This document shows, piece after piece, positions 12,901 through 19,206 of a stretch of DNA of 64,000 nt (position 1 is its first letter; every line of letters begins with the position of its first letter). The stretch lies in the IMG/VR virus record IMGVR_UViG_3300014208_000027, positions 96,001 through 160,000 of that record. One strand, given 5' to 3'. The translations under genes and the position numbers were made by a program. This DNA comes from a virus (taxonomy: Duplodnaviria > Caudoviricetes). The notes under the pieces were generated by a model. It saw nothing but the letters and a program-made list of their open reading frames with translations. It had not been told where the DNA came from and did no database searches.

Positions 12901-14002
12901 CTATGGTTACGTCGGATGGGAAAACGAAGTAAGCAATTATAAAACTTGTGTCAATATTGCAGCGTGTATAAATGATGTAAACGCTTATGGAATTGGGGGA
13001 ATATACAATAAAAGTTATAATGTTGTAGGTTCTACTGATAAGTTGATTGGTTTAGATAAACGATGCCACGCAGAAGCATTTCTTCCCGATATCCCTTCTG
13101 ACCCATTAAATCCTGTTGCGGCTGTTAGAATTAAAATAATTGATGTTGCAACACCGGACACAAATTACCCTGAATATTACAAATCTGGTAATTTAGGTAA
13201 TTCTTTAACAGTTTCTTGTACTCCTGATAGTAGCGCTTGGGGATTTGAAGGAAAGAGTTTAACTTCGGATAACATTATTGTTGCTTCTGAAGTTAGATTT
13301 CATGGTGGTGTAACTGGGGAATATAAGGTAAAAAGTTTTGCAGATCTTGTGAAGATCAAAAAAGAAAGTAAGCGTATTGGGCAAGTGGCTGAAGAAAAAA
13401 AGATTTATGAGGCAGTGGTGGCAATTCCTTATATTGAAAATAAAGGATATAGAGAGTTTTTCACGATTCCTAGACGACAAGTTGATATTGCATTAGGGAA
13501 AGTGGATGCTGCACCTGGAGAAAGCGTAGGTAAGAGTATAATGGATATGGTTACGAATATGCAAAAGTTCGTTTTCCCACCGCGCTTGGACTTCGTAAAA
13601 AATAGTTCTTTGGACGCATTTTCTATGTATATTTTTCCATTTAGCAAGACTCTGAATAAACAAGACTTGTTGAATATTTTTCAAGGTTTGATGCCAGCCG
13701 CGTCTCTTCAAATGGAGCATCAAGAATTGACGATGGCTCATGATTTAAGTGTAGGAGAATTGTTTAATGGTGATTTCCAAAATTGTCGATGGTTGATTTT
13801 TAAGGTAAAGCAAAAGGCAGCGTGGGATTATTATCAGACAACTCCAACGTCAATAGACGATAACAGATTTGTTTTTGATTTCCGGACTGGGAGAAAGTCT
13901 GCTCCTTCGGTTAGTTATAATTGGCCGTTTAGTGAGTGTGATTTGGTAGAGTTAGTTAAACTTGATGCGGGGATAACTATTGAAGGTAAGAAAAAGATTT
14001 AG
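3923..14002 (+). CDS. Giant virion (baseplate/tail-type) protein with LamG/ConA-like domains, 3359 aa
   Basis: LamG motifs: TVEFWLK, WNHYAFS, GSIDEFRFW...YYKFNE, and a second unit ISTWVN...WHNIVAVFD...KIYIDG...LTATQVSEIYN...YWLMGDG. TTG start after GAGG. Confidence 0.75.
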   Translation: MSIKELFNKNKLLAQTSMDALTSSVESAGYVTEFLVDRDRIIPQVDFSDPSQFCKFGSAKKYYVDSIQNIYQNFPFDGSGKEKLEFYNSSSGVDLHVLNQWYPKFTGYAKFSPNGYGSVLTQSDGFSNPATKEYILVHGGPNTGSLGGYLGGNVYDTGSLRVSNLRFGGDYGNTVEFWLKKGAPVLASSAKEVIFDAWNNVSASHAAGSTYGRLLIYVDGQATLGTSCFKVSYVSGSVSVCTDYSLGTVALTASSVLNDTWNHYAFSFKNAGSDLAAKVYFNGALDSSVIISNGAINEVQGVLHGCLGSILTSSGMDHVPPQDLGWGKLSGSIDEFRFWKKERTLGDIGRYWFTQVNGGANSKDGNTSLGVYYKFNEGINSVTDNKVLDYSGRLSHGAFVGYTSANRSLDSAIDTYFSSSSAITEAKDPVVYSFHPDVVSLESEKALTGSLHDLGNSTSLYYSMPSWMIEEDEEKERFNLLNLTQIMGQYFDTLYMQISASVGIRDINYDGLSGSNKPYPFVNKMLQSRGFDTPEIFSNVSTLESLANRSDKLEFEVKLNDTKNVIYQNIYNNLSYIYKSKGTLNSIRNLIRCFGVDDELVRFNIYANNTTHLFNENFRTTSAKKKYVDFNNVDRFYGTVYQYSSSNNANSYSYLTSSGTNLEASGSALTAEANIIFPKKFEQSSPFYFETPFVSSSLFGVHTVKKSAASLYDTSWDSSDTSNFQVYAVKEEIDSKNVYFVLTSSTGGPLPRISSGLITNVYDNNQWTLAVKVHPEKYPIFDAVSGSGGNNFTVEFCGYNTILDTVVNSFSVSSSLTYAQGVAFLDNSKRFYVGAHKNNFTGSNLQGTDVRVGNFRVWLDNLSNEEILHHAYDNLNYGVDSPYRNISLLKNSYVGKEIPKFETLALNWNFELVTGSNASGQFQVVDISSGSSDNLNRYGWLSNVTEKQLEGRGDGFLSNDSKVTNVEYISRAKSSLPETIGDDDMIQILERDDETFTRDTRPTQFFYTVEKSMYQTISEEMVKMFASILDFNNLVGQPVNRYRAEYKDLAKLRQLFFERVSNTPEVEKYIDYFKWIDSSLMRMIKQLVPASAVMYDNVGDVIESHILERNKYQTKFPIVEFKHVDPIEGMKGINELKYDWKIGHAPLNGLQNNNSLYWKKRAVRTDPVLSSSVASVNDTRVGIFNNLLSTYERLKTTPYVFSGEQEKIVAGGANQSNQKSPTLLKNLVNTKGTYARVITSSFVDNNDYSDLGQKKKYSSQIINSATGDTSKGNILPFSIFSSSVTSGYNTTSNNLSVENLHNDSYLDGGEVPMQGPFTEQHVGGHQYRHNTLNTAGTASQVDRVEGFKLYPNASGYMDIYSGDTSGSNLYSNQLQKGNYLRDSGIKSPVNVRNIKGANFDKNYQVVQTSGRKTNNKAFVVSGGFANLVSASATVAGVMDYQLPDRGRNESVFVERFSCPGGPETAGGPNGGFGLDVNSAEYSVYNSYNYRNLRVRDALQTLLTRHAGQFGTDSLYGNVNSTYESSASYQKTNRNTSYVFTSQSNGTYLTASKYDNFFISHAIPANDRQYSWITSSAITVPFGYALNSDDIIFISSSVSSSATGISGVGNFVGVMSSSLTASDGLDLNLVLNNRGAAGRGWPSWKQIRSGDTQQARNNRAKNIIEVLDPSAPITTVKNGQMNTVQALRSYKISSYLEAPISSKFAPLTYNLKVNNDGLVAPLSLKVAFGNQVHSFGNIELANKLGIQATTPALYSRMLMSYADENIGGDNQVDSFESLKYSETVYPSDMFSYTGDIRSRKNYSVDYWTHAREHRNTVATNSQGYVVSQSVWGLDARSNFTSSMPQTGSVGSEGELQNLYSIYFATSSIDPWLAGNYVKSVTKFGYAYEVDGVPTVNAANITDYNDRLDAGPAGYWNSYVGYDGTNHLSISTWVNPIQFVGASFPNRQQIISWGTGSMGLTLATGSSATDTQVLFYTRWGVGAAAPEVYWVTHGTSLSYNNWHNIVAVFDKALMLTTPAVATKIYIDGALASTYGAPAAAYTTQQKIEGANAYIGNDWLSSGSHSSPLESYVSHTAIFSGSLTATQVSEIYNSGKPSSLYQHSARNSLISYWLMGDGVGTLSGSGVCGVVPQLNTFGSASLISDSLSNTGIYFDMAGLSYLRNTSDRMKNEDTYYNNGSAIDHTKVTPGKLILNSSLTSPLKGIAQVREPNWSANFKLGSLYARPEYVYENVTPWQRIKLSSSIGSNPYFREIHITSSKTLAGSAEFTANQGNNDPMFNSYSEYANDLRKYQDYSIVPSYNSSDRMDFYLNSKNFLEPDDEFLQLKGGTYSSSIESGMFKTYSMAEFLQYFEILKNDHAQSGDVKTLSLKCKAAIKLLPHDGFYPNQRVVQLAGLYSSSYGDYVRPYNQGDASSMTASFRSFLTPVCMPGILMNSLKASIATDHPIWTAPPNTFQDYKSGRGNYSPTADGWQDTTLALLAPSTSIRNREIFGSAYNAQTASFVSFTTGIGGCHVEPASLNSSSFTVIDPLGNDDGIEWQSVLFGNVSERIPFEALVAPENYLAKRPLYDIECDASASLRTDLTDPSTNMASFWGGEGKLNYRLAMSNFLASVPDFFLSEGKLTSFVSDPIPSTGVVITEEGANCYYGMDVSLAGSQIRSLSDWNARVQLPEFSVISNLFNTGLTDDDLNNIKGVHTQTYTRASAFGPPQVAALPVFTGSGDVYRYHYDYSTFTPSHFDAFSVARLLFFPYKGAGTYTLSEIQSHTTASYIRMPGSRVGVGALYKVNQLLELQTLIANDKNVLTPVSSSGAPRIYDLASQILTASGNWSQLSSSIDLFGVSKVKNASFDRGTSQEYKISSVSNDSPNPDYQWVISSKFESPVLNFKDASVNLPTYGSSSISRGLWHQAGRECVGNEGLWMSVSDLPSSPLTTIGCDESSGTCLWNGKSENVINIGNKNAEVILYVNDYTKLTDYYLYIDGTWMPCANALVPSLTLYYGYVGWENEVSNYKTCVNIAACINDVNAYGIGGIYNKSYNVVGSTDKLIGLDKRCHAEAFLPDIPSDPLNPVAAVRIKIIDVATPDTNYPEYYKSGNLGNSLTVSCTPDSSAWGFEGKSLTSDNIIVASEVRFHGGVTGEYKVKSFADLVKIKKESKRIGQVAEEKKIYEAVVAIPYIENKGYREFFTIPRRQVDIALGKVDAAPGESVGKSIMDMVTNMQKFVFPPRLDFVKNSSLDAFSMYIFPFSKTLNKQDLLNIFQGLMPAASLQMEHQELTMAHDLSVGELFNGDFQNCRWLIFKVKQKAAWDYYQTTPTSIDDNRFVFDFRTGRKSAPSVSYNWPFSECDLVELVKLDAGITIEGKKKI

Positions 14003-15051
14003 TTTGTAGGTCTTGAAGACTTTACCCACGGGTTTCCGCTGCTAAGCAGAAGCTCTTGCAAAGAACTATCGGGTGTTGGATCACAAGCGTCGCCAAGAAG
14101 ATCTCCATCATAGTTCTTTTGGTCTGGGTTATATGCGTATGGACAGTTGTCATTTGCATTGTTGATTCCATCTTTATCGGTATCATCGACAGTATAACAA
14201 TACTTTTGTCCAGTTCCAGGTCTTGCCCATGTATTACTAAATTGTATCGCATCATCTCGCCAAAATCCGCACTTATCGCTGCCATCAAAGATGATTTTTG
14301 TTAGTTTGGATCCTCCCCATGAATTAGCTGCCAAGAATACCTTTCCGTTATCCTCATAACCCACAATACTTAGACTATGACCTGAACCATGTGGTTTGAT
14401 TACTCGACATTGCAAAGTATTTTTATCTCCATTAACTGGCATCATGTCAGACATTCTATCAATACCTACACGAACTGGCCCGCTGGCTAATAACGCCATT
14501 AAATTGATGCGCTTTTGTTCGGGGATCAGATACATTCCATTCTCACGGTTTATTTTGCTTGCTCCATAGAAGACCATTTCAGACATAGGAGTCATTCCCC
14601 ATTCAGTGGGATATTTTTTCATACAATTATTGCATTCAGATGGTAACCATAAGCCATCAGGAGAATATTTTCTCTCCATGACGCCATATTGCGTGAGGTA
14701 TCCTGCTAATTGGTTTGGATCAAATACTTCTTGTCGGGTACAATTAAAAACATTTTGTGAGGATAATTCTATAGTTGTTAACAGTTTATGATCGATTGAG
14801 TATTGAATCTGAAGTGTTGTGATTTCAGAATATAGGACACAACTTCCACCAATCTGATTTTTTAATGGGGGACAGTAATTTTCATACACACCATCATTAT
14901 TGGTATCAATATGACACCAATTTAAATTTTCTGGAAGGTATGGTTTGTATTCTTCTGGAGAGGGGTTTTCGATAGGTTGTTGTTGAGTTTCTATTCCCCC
15001 ACAAGCAGAAAAGGCCAGTGTTACAAATAGGATTAAGTTTTTCATCATCAT
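13999..15051 (-). CDS. Lipoprotein papain-like (C1A) cysteine protease with C-terminal thrombospondin type 3 repeats
   Basis: Lipobox LAFSA-C; KNQIGGSC (oxyanion Q, catalytic C); GHSLSIVGY; ANSWG; DTDKDGINNANDNCPYAYNPDQKNYDGDLLGDACD. Confidence 0.85.
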   Translation of the reverse strand: MMMKNLILFVTLAFSACGGIETQQQPIENPSPEEYKPYLPENLNWCHIDTNNDGVYENYCPPLKNQIGGSCVLYSEITTLQIQYSIDHKLLTTIELSSQNVFNCTRQEVFDPNQLAGYLTQYGVMERKYSPDGLWLPSECNNCMKKYPTEWGMTPMSEMVFYGASKINRENGMYLIPEQKRINLMALLASGPVRVGIDRMSDMMPVNGDKNTLQCRVIKPHGSGHSLSIVGYEDNGKVFLAANSWGGSKLTKIIFDGSDKCGFWRDDAIQFSNTWARPGTGQKYCYTVDDTDKDGINNANDNCPYAYNPDQKNYDGDLLGDACDPTPDSSLQELLLSSGNPWVKSSRPTN

Positions 15052-15088
15052 CTCTAGTTCAAAAGTTTTTTTGTTGCCTACAAATATA

Positions 15089-15116
15089 AGAATAGCAGGA
15101 AAAGGTGAGGTGTCAA
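15089..15116 (-). promoter_or_regulatory. Sigma70-type promoter for the protease gene
   Basis: TTGACA-16-(TGc)TATTCT. Confidence 0.65.
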
Positions 15117-15117
15117 C

Positions 15118-16035
15118 CTACCAACCGACATATTCGTATTCATATGGGAAGTTTTCTTCAGGCAGATCATAAATTAATTTGTTACTCTTGCGAATATTTT
15201 CTATTGCTTCTAAAGGTTGCAAATTTTCTAAATTCCAAACTTTCAAGAAATTAGGATGATCCATAGAGTCATATGGATAAAGAGATTGAGGAAAATATTT
15301 ATGGTCTAGTTGCCAAGTTGGTTTATCTTTGTTATAATTTCCATGATTTTCCCAAGACATCCACGGTTCAAATTGAGACTCAAGGTGCGCTTTTAATTCT
15401 TCTATGGTATACGGAAGGCAATCTAAGATAGAACCTCCGTTTTTACTTCCGTTTTGTATTCGGAGAGCGCTATATACTGAAGAAGATATTTTTTTTCTTA
15501 ATCGGAAACATGGGTTTAACTTTTTTTCTTTCTCCCACTCATTTTGTCTAATACGAATTTTTTCTTTATTCTGTTCCCTGTACTTTACGCCGTATAGATA
15601 ATATTTTTCTCTATTTTTCTCTCGTAATTTCTTTTCTGTTTTATTCTTCTTTTCTTTATTGTTTTTTCGATATCTTTTTCGGTACTCTTTAAGGCTTTCT
15701 ATAATATTCTTTTGGTATTTTGTATTCTTAATTGTTGTGCACAAGATGCAATAAGTTGAAATTTTTTCATTACTGATATAGAATTCTTTGGTTTCTTTTA
15801 TTTCTTTACAGTCTGGACATCTCTTGAGGTTTTTTTGTTTTAGTTGTTGTAGTTCAATTGTTTTTTGCGGGTTTGTACTTCTACACATTGCGCAATAACA
15901 TTTTAGCCCATCTTTAGTTTGCTTACTCCTATGGAACTCCCCTATTTCTTTGATTTCCCCACATTTGCTACACTTCTTCTTCCCTTTTTCTAACAGTTTT
16001 TCTTTTTCTTCCCTTTCTTCTTTTGTTAGTGTCAT
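15118..16035 (-). CDS. HNH homing endonuclease with N-terminal zinc ribbons
   Basis: CSKC..CAMC and CPDC..CILC; C-terminal HLESQFEPWMSWENHG...WQLDH...NLQPLEAIENIRKSNK. Confidence 0.8.
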   Translation of the reverse strand: MTLTKEEREEKEKLLEKGKKKCSKCGEIKEIGEFHRSKQTKDGLKCYCAMCRSTNPQKTIELQQLKQKNLKRCPDCKEIKETKEFYISNEKISTYCILCTTIKNTKYQKNIIESLKEYRKRYRKNNKEKKNKTEKKLREKNREKYYLYGVKYREQNKEKIRIRQNEWEKEKKLNPCFRLRKKISSSVYSALRIQNGSKNGGSILDCLPYTIEELKAHLESQFEPWMSWENHGNYNKDKPTWQLDHKYFPQSLYPYDSMDHPNFLKVWNLENLQPLEAIENIRKSNKLIYDLPEENFPYEYEYVGW

Positions 16036-16037
16036 AT

Positions 16038-16730
16038 CTAAAGTTCTCCTAGTTTTTTATTTATTATAGTTGTGAAAATTTCCAGATATTGTTTTGCTAC
16101 TCCTTCGGTAAATCTTTTCATGCTTGATGAATCTATTATGCATAGTTCGATATTTTTTTCTAAGCAAGCTTGTATTTTTCTATCATCATTAGATTGTATT
16201 TTATCTAACTTATCTTTTCCATATATTGGTTCATAGTGAAAGATTCCGTTAAGTTCAAAAGCCAAGTTTAGACTAGGCATATAAAAATCCAACTCAGAAT
16301 TGATAGTATTCTTCCCGTTGTAAATTATCTCTAAGTTTGGGTAAGTTATTTTTATTTGTTCCTCTAGCCAAATTTCAAGTTTGGAGCGCCTATTTCCAGT
16401 TTGTTTATGAGTATTATTATAAATTGCAGCACAAGAGCTACAGCAGAAGAAGTTGTTTGATTTATTTTTTTTAAGTTCTTTAGGTGTTCTTCTCACATCT
16501 TTGCTACATTGAGCACAAGGCTTTATTATTGCTTCTCCTATATGTTTTCCTCTACAGGTTTGTGAGCAAAACGTAGCAATAGTAGAATTGTTTTTTGCGT
16601 CTTCTAAAGAGCGGATTATATGAGATTTTTTACGGGAGAAAGGTTTAGAACAATGGTCGCAGATTAGTTTTATGTAACTATCGTAGTAATTCAGAAGGAT
16701 TGGATCAATTAAAAAATCTTGTTGTTTCAA
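16038..16730 (-). CDS. PD-(D/E)xK (Vsr/DUF559-like) endonuclease with two CxxC...FCSxxC zinc modules
   Basis: CDHC..FCSQTC, CAQC..FCCSSC; RSKLE...ELDFY...LAFELNGIFHY...D..K..AC. TTG start. Confidence 0.75.
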   Translation of the reverse strand: MKQQDFLIDPILLNYYDSYIKLICDHCSKPFSRKKSHIIRSLEDAKNNSTIATFCSQTCRGKHIGEAIIKPCAQCSKDVRRTPKELKKNKSNNFFCCSSCAAIYNNTHKQTGNRRSKLEIWLEEQIKITYPNLEIIYNGKNTINSELDFYMPSLNLAFELNGIFHYEPIYGKDKLDKIQSNDDRKIQACLEKNIELCIIDSSSMKRFTEGVAKQYLEIFTTIINKKLGEL

Positions 16731-16767
16731 AGAGACACCTCGTGAGGTTAGCGTGTCTCTTAAATAG
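16730..16767 (-). promoter_or_regulatory. RBS-sequestering hairpin plus late-like motif upstream of the endonuclease gene
   Basis: 9-bp inverted repeat AAGAGACAC/GTGTCTCTT covers GAGGT and abuts the TTG start; CTATTTA at its 5' foot. Confidence 0.55.
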
Positions 16768-16801
16768 TCTCTAATTCCTCCTTTCTCTTATTATATTTTC
16801 T

Positions 16802-16987
16802 CTATGCTATCACTTTAAACAGGCAGAAACTTGCTTCATAAATTATATATAAGGTATTAGTATCTAATTGCATTGTCTCCATTCTTACACCATATATTCT
16901 TTTTTTTGCTTTAATAATTTTTAAAACTAAAAAACAGTCTTTAAACATTTTTCCTTGTATTATCTGTCCAACTTTAAAGTTTTTCAT
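16802..16987 (-). CDS. Small SH3/KOW-like protein
   Basis: MKNFKVGQII...; close paralog of 17220..17405. Confidence 0.65.
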   Translation of the reverse strand: MKNFKVGQIIQGKMFKDCFLVLKIIKAKKRIYGVRMETMQLDTNTLYIIYEASFCLFKVIA

Positions 16988-17213
16988 AATTATTCTTTAA
17001 TTCATAATCGGATATATTTCCTTTAAAATTAAGTTTAAAAACAAAACATGAAAAATAACCTAAGTATTCTAACTCTGGAAAGTCAGGGTCTTTTAATTCT
17101 TCTAAAACCAGGATGATGCGTGTAGGATCTATTTTTGATTTTAATAACATTCCAGGTTTTCGATGCTTCCTACAAAAATCTAGTGTAGAAATATATTTTT
17201 CATATTTCGACAT
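16974..17213 (-). CDS. Small SH3/KOW-like protein
   Basis: KPGMLLKSK..IILVLE. Confidence 0.55.
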   Translation of the reverse strand: MSKYEKYISTLDFCRKHRKPGMLLKSKIDPTRIILVLEELKDPDFPELEYLGYFSCFVFKLNFKGNISDYELKNNYEKL

Positions 17214-17219
17214 AGTTTT

Positions 17220-17405
17220 TTACGCTATTATTTCGAACATATTAAAACCAGCTTCATAAAACTTATATATTGCATTATCATCCATTTGTATTACTTCTAA
17301 TCTCTCGCCGTATATTCTTTTTGGTGTTTCAATCACTTTTAAAATTAAAAAACATTTTTTAGATCGTTTATGTTGAATAAGTTGTCCTACTTTAAAATTC
17401 ATCAT
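17220..17405 (-). CDS. Small SH3/KOW-like protein
   Basis: MMNFKVGQLIQHK; ATG start preferred to the track TTG. Confidence 0.65.
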   Translation of the reverse strand: MMNFKVGQLIQHKRSKKCFLILKVIETPKRIYGERLEVIQMDDNAIYKFYEAGFNMFEIIA

Positions 17406-17577
17406 AGAAATTTCCATCATACCAGCGTTCTGTTTTCGATGTTTCAAAATTATAAATTGTGAAAATTTTTTGTGGCAGAGAATTAGATATAGAACCAGGT
17501 AGATGTTGTTTTAAAATAACACCTAGATGTCCAATATTAATTATTTTTACAAGATCCCCTACTTTATATTTCGACAT
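17392..17577 (-). CDS. Small SH3/KOW-like protein
   Basis: MSKYKVGDLVKIINIGHLGVIL. Confidence 0.65.
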   Translation of the reverse strand: MSKYKVGDLVKIINIGHLGVILKQHLPGSISNSLPQKIFTIYNFETSKTERWYDGNFYDEF

Positions 17578-17737
17578 AGTTTTTATCATGCAAATTTATA
17601 TGAAAACTTGTTTTTTGACCTTCGTGAAAATTAAAAACTTCGTATGTCGTCCAATCTCCAAGCGTTCCAAAACATTCTAAAATCAAACAAACTTCATTAT
17701 CGTCATAATATCTTACTAAGTCGCCTGGCTTAAGCAT
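17564..17737 (-). CDS. Small SH3/KOW-like protein (57 aa, below the track cutoff)
   Basis: Manual translation MLKPGDLVRYYDDNEVCLILE... Confidence 0.65.
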   Translation of the reverse strand: MLKPGDLVRYYDDNEVCLILECFGTLGDWTTYEVFNFHEGQKTSFHINLHDKNYVEI

Positions 17738-17746
17738 TATATTTCT

Positions 17747-17932
17747 TTACGCTATTTTCTTATAATACTTTTCTAACGTTGAAAGATACATGTGACATGT
17801 TTTATTAGTTTGTAAATTTAAACAACGACAAATGATTTCTTTTGTATCACTTGAAAGCTGGGAGTTTTTAAGAAGAACAATTATATGTTTTGATTCGTTA
17901 TATCTTTGTAGCATATCACCTGGCTCAAACAT
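17747..17932 (-). CDS. Small SH3/KOW-like protein, probably leaderless
   Basis: MFEPGDMLQRY; ATG 6 nt after the -10 box. Confidence 0.65.
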   Translation of the reverse strand: MFEPGDMLQRYNESKHIIVLLKNSQLSSDTKEIICRCLNLQTNKTCHMYLSTLEKYYKKIA

Positions 17933-17938
17933 ACCATC

Positions 17939-17966
17939 ACTTTAGCATATATTCAGGATTTGTCTA
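17939..17966 (-). promoter_or_regulatory. Sigma70-type promoter
   Basis: TAGACA-16-(TGc)TAAAGT-6-ATG. Confidence 0.6.
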
Positions 17967-18006
17967 GGCGTAACTTTTTTTATTTTATGCCTTGGCTAAT
18001 TACTTC

Positions 18007-18942
18007 ATGGCATTTTTAGATCCCAAAGAACAGGTTCTAGACGTTCAGTTGACGCAGTATGGCAAAATATTATTAAGTAAAGGTCAATTAAAGCCTGCTT
18101 TTTACAGTTTTGATGATTCTACTATTCTATATGATTCTTTGTATGCCGGTATAACCTCTAGTCAGGGTGAAAATGTTGATAGGATCAAATCATCCCCTCA
18201 GTTTGATACCCAATATATTCTTCAAGGCGTAGAGTCTTCTTTTAAAAATTTAAAACATGACCTAGTAAGTGGAACTCCTACACGACTTGACAAACCAGAA
18301 GAAAACTTATTTTCTCCAATAGGGGATAGTAGCCCAAATTATCAAACTCTACCAGCTTTAGCTGCATATTTTTTAAATGGTCAAATTAGTGGATCAGTAA
18401 ATTATTTATCTTCTAGCTTAATGCCTAATGTTAGAATACCTCAACTTGATGCAGACATAACTTTCAATATCTTCACAGGTACAAGTGATGATAGTGGAAC
18501 GGTTATCGAGGCAGACCGTAGAGATTATGATGATGGCACGTTTATAAGTGTAGAACAAAACTATATTTTGCTTGAACTAGAAGAAGTGAATACAAATTTT
18601 GAGAATGAGAATTTTGAGATTGAAGTATTTGAGGTAAGTAATGAAAAACTTGTTCAAAATTTATTTGCGCAACTAAAAGATCCCATTGGAGATTTACTAA
18701 TAGTAGAGCCGCTAGGTAACAAAAAAAGAATTATACTAGAAACAAATGACGTGGAGTACTCTTGGAATATTCTAGTAGATTCTGAAATTGATCAGCAAAT
18801 TATCTGTAAGTCTTTACAGAATAGAAAAAATAGTTCCATATTTGTTCCTAGTAATCCATTCTGCAAGGATAAAAAGCCTTTACAGGATCAAAATATTTAT
18901 AAGACGCCTGCTGATGATTTTGACGAAGAGTGTGAATTCTAA
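18007..18942 (+). CDS. Virion/baseplate protein, N-terminal paralog of 25776
   Basis: MAFLDPKEQVLDVQLTQYGKILLSKG vs MAFLDNSGDVILDTVITDLGRMRLAQG; CTAATTA 4 nt before the ATG. Confidence 0.6.
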   Translation: MAFLDPKEQVLDVQLTQYGKILLSKGQLKPAFYSFDDSTILYDSLYAGITSSQGENVDRIKSSPQFDTQYILQGVESSFKNLKHDLVSGTPTRLDKPEENLFSPIGDSSPNYQTLPALAAYFLNGQISGSVNYLSSSLMPNVRIPQLDADITFNIFTGTSDDSGTVIEADRRDYDDGTFISVEQNYILLELEEVNTNFENENFEIEVFEVSNEKLVQNLFAQLKDPIGDLLIVEPLGNKKRIILETNDVEYSWNILVDSEIDQQIICKSLQNRKNSSIFVPSNPFCKDKKPLQDQNIYKTPADDFDEECEF

Positions 18943-19115
18943 TCACAAATTAGTTTACAATCTTGTTTGATAAACAGTTCAGTTTGCTGAGACTTTTTTC
19001 CATCTGAAAACCAAAAAACGTTTGCAATTTTTATGTCTATGATCCGTTCCGTACTAAGAATAAGTATGTATTTACCGCCTGCATATAACCATATTTGACC
19101 AGGATTAAGTTCCAT
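18939..19115 (-). CDS. Small SH3/KOW-like protein (58 aa), probably leaderless
   Basis: Manual translation MELNPGQIWLYAGGKYILILS... Confidence 0.55.
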   Translation of the reverse strand: MELNPGQIWLYAGGKYILILSTERIIDIKIANVFWFSDGKKSQQTELFIKQDCKLICD

Positions 19116-19121
19116 TTTTAT

Positions 19122-19150
19122 AGGCTAGCATAGTTTCCTAGTTGCGTCAA
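19122..19150 (-). promoter_or_regulatory. Sigma70-type promoter
   Basis: TTGACG-17-(TGc)TAGCCT-6-ATG. Confidence 0.6.
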
Positions 19151-19206
19151 TTCAACATCTTTCTTTTCTTTCTAATTATCATTAACCATTAAAGGATTTT
19201 TATTAT

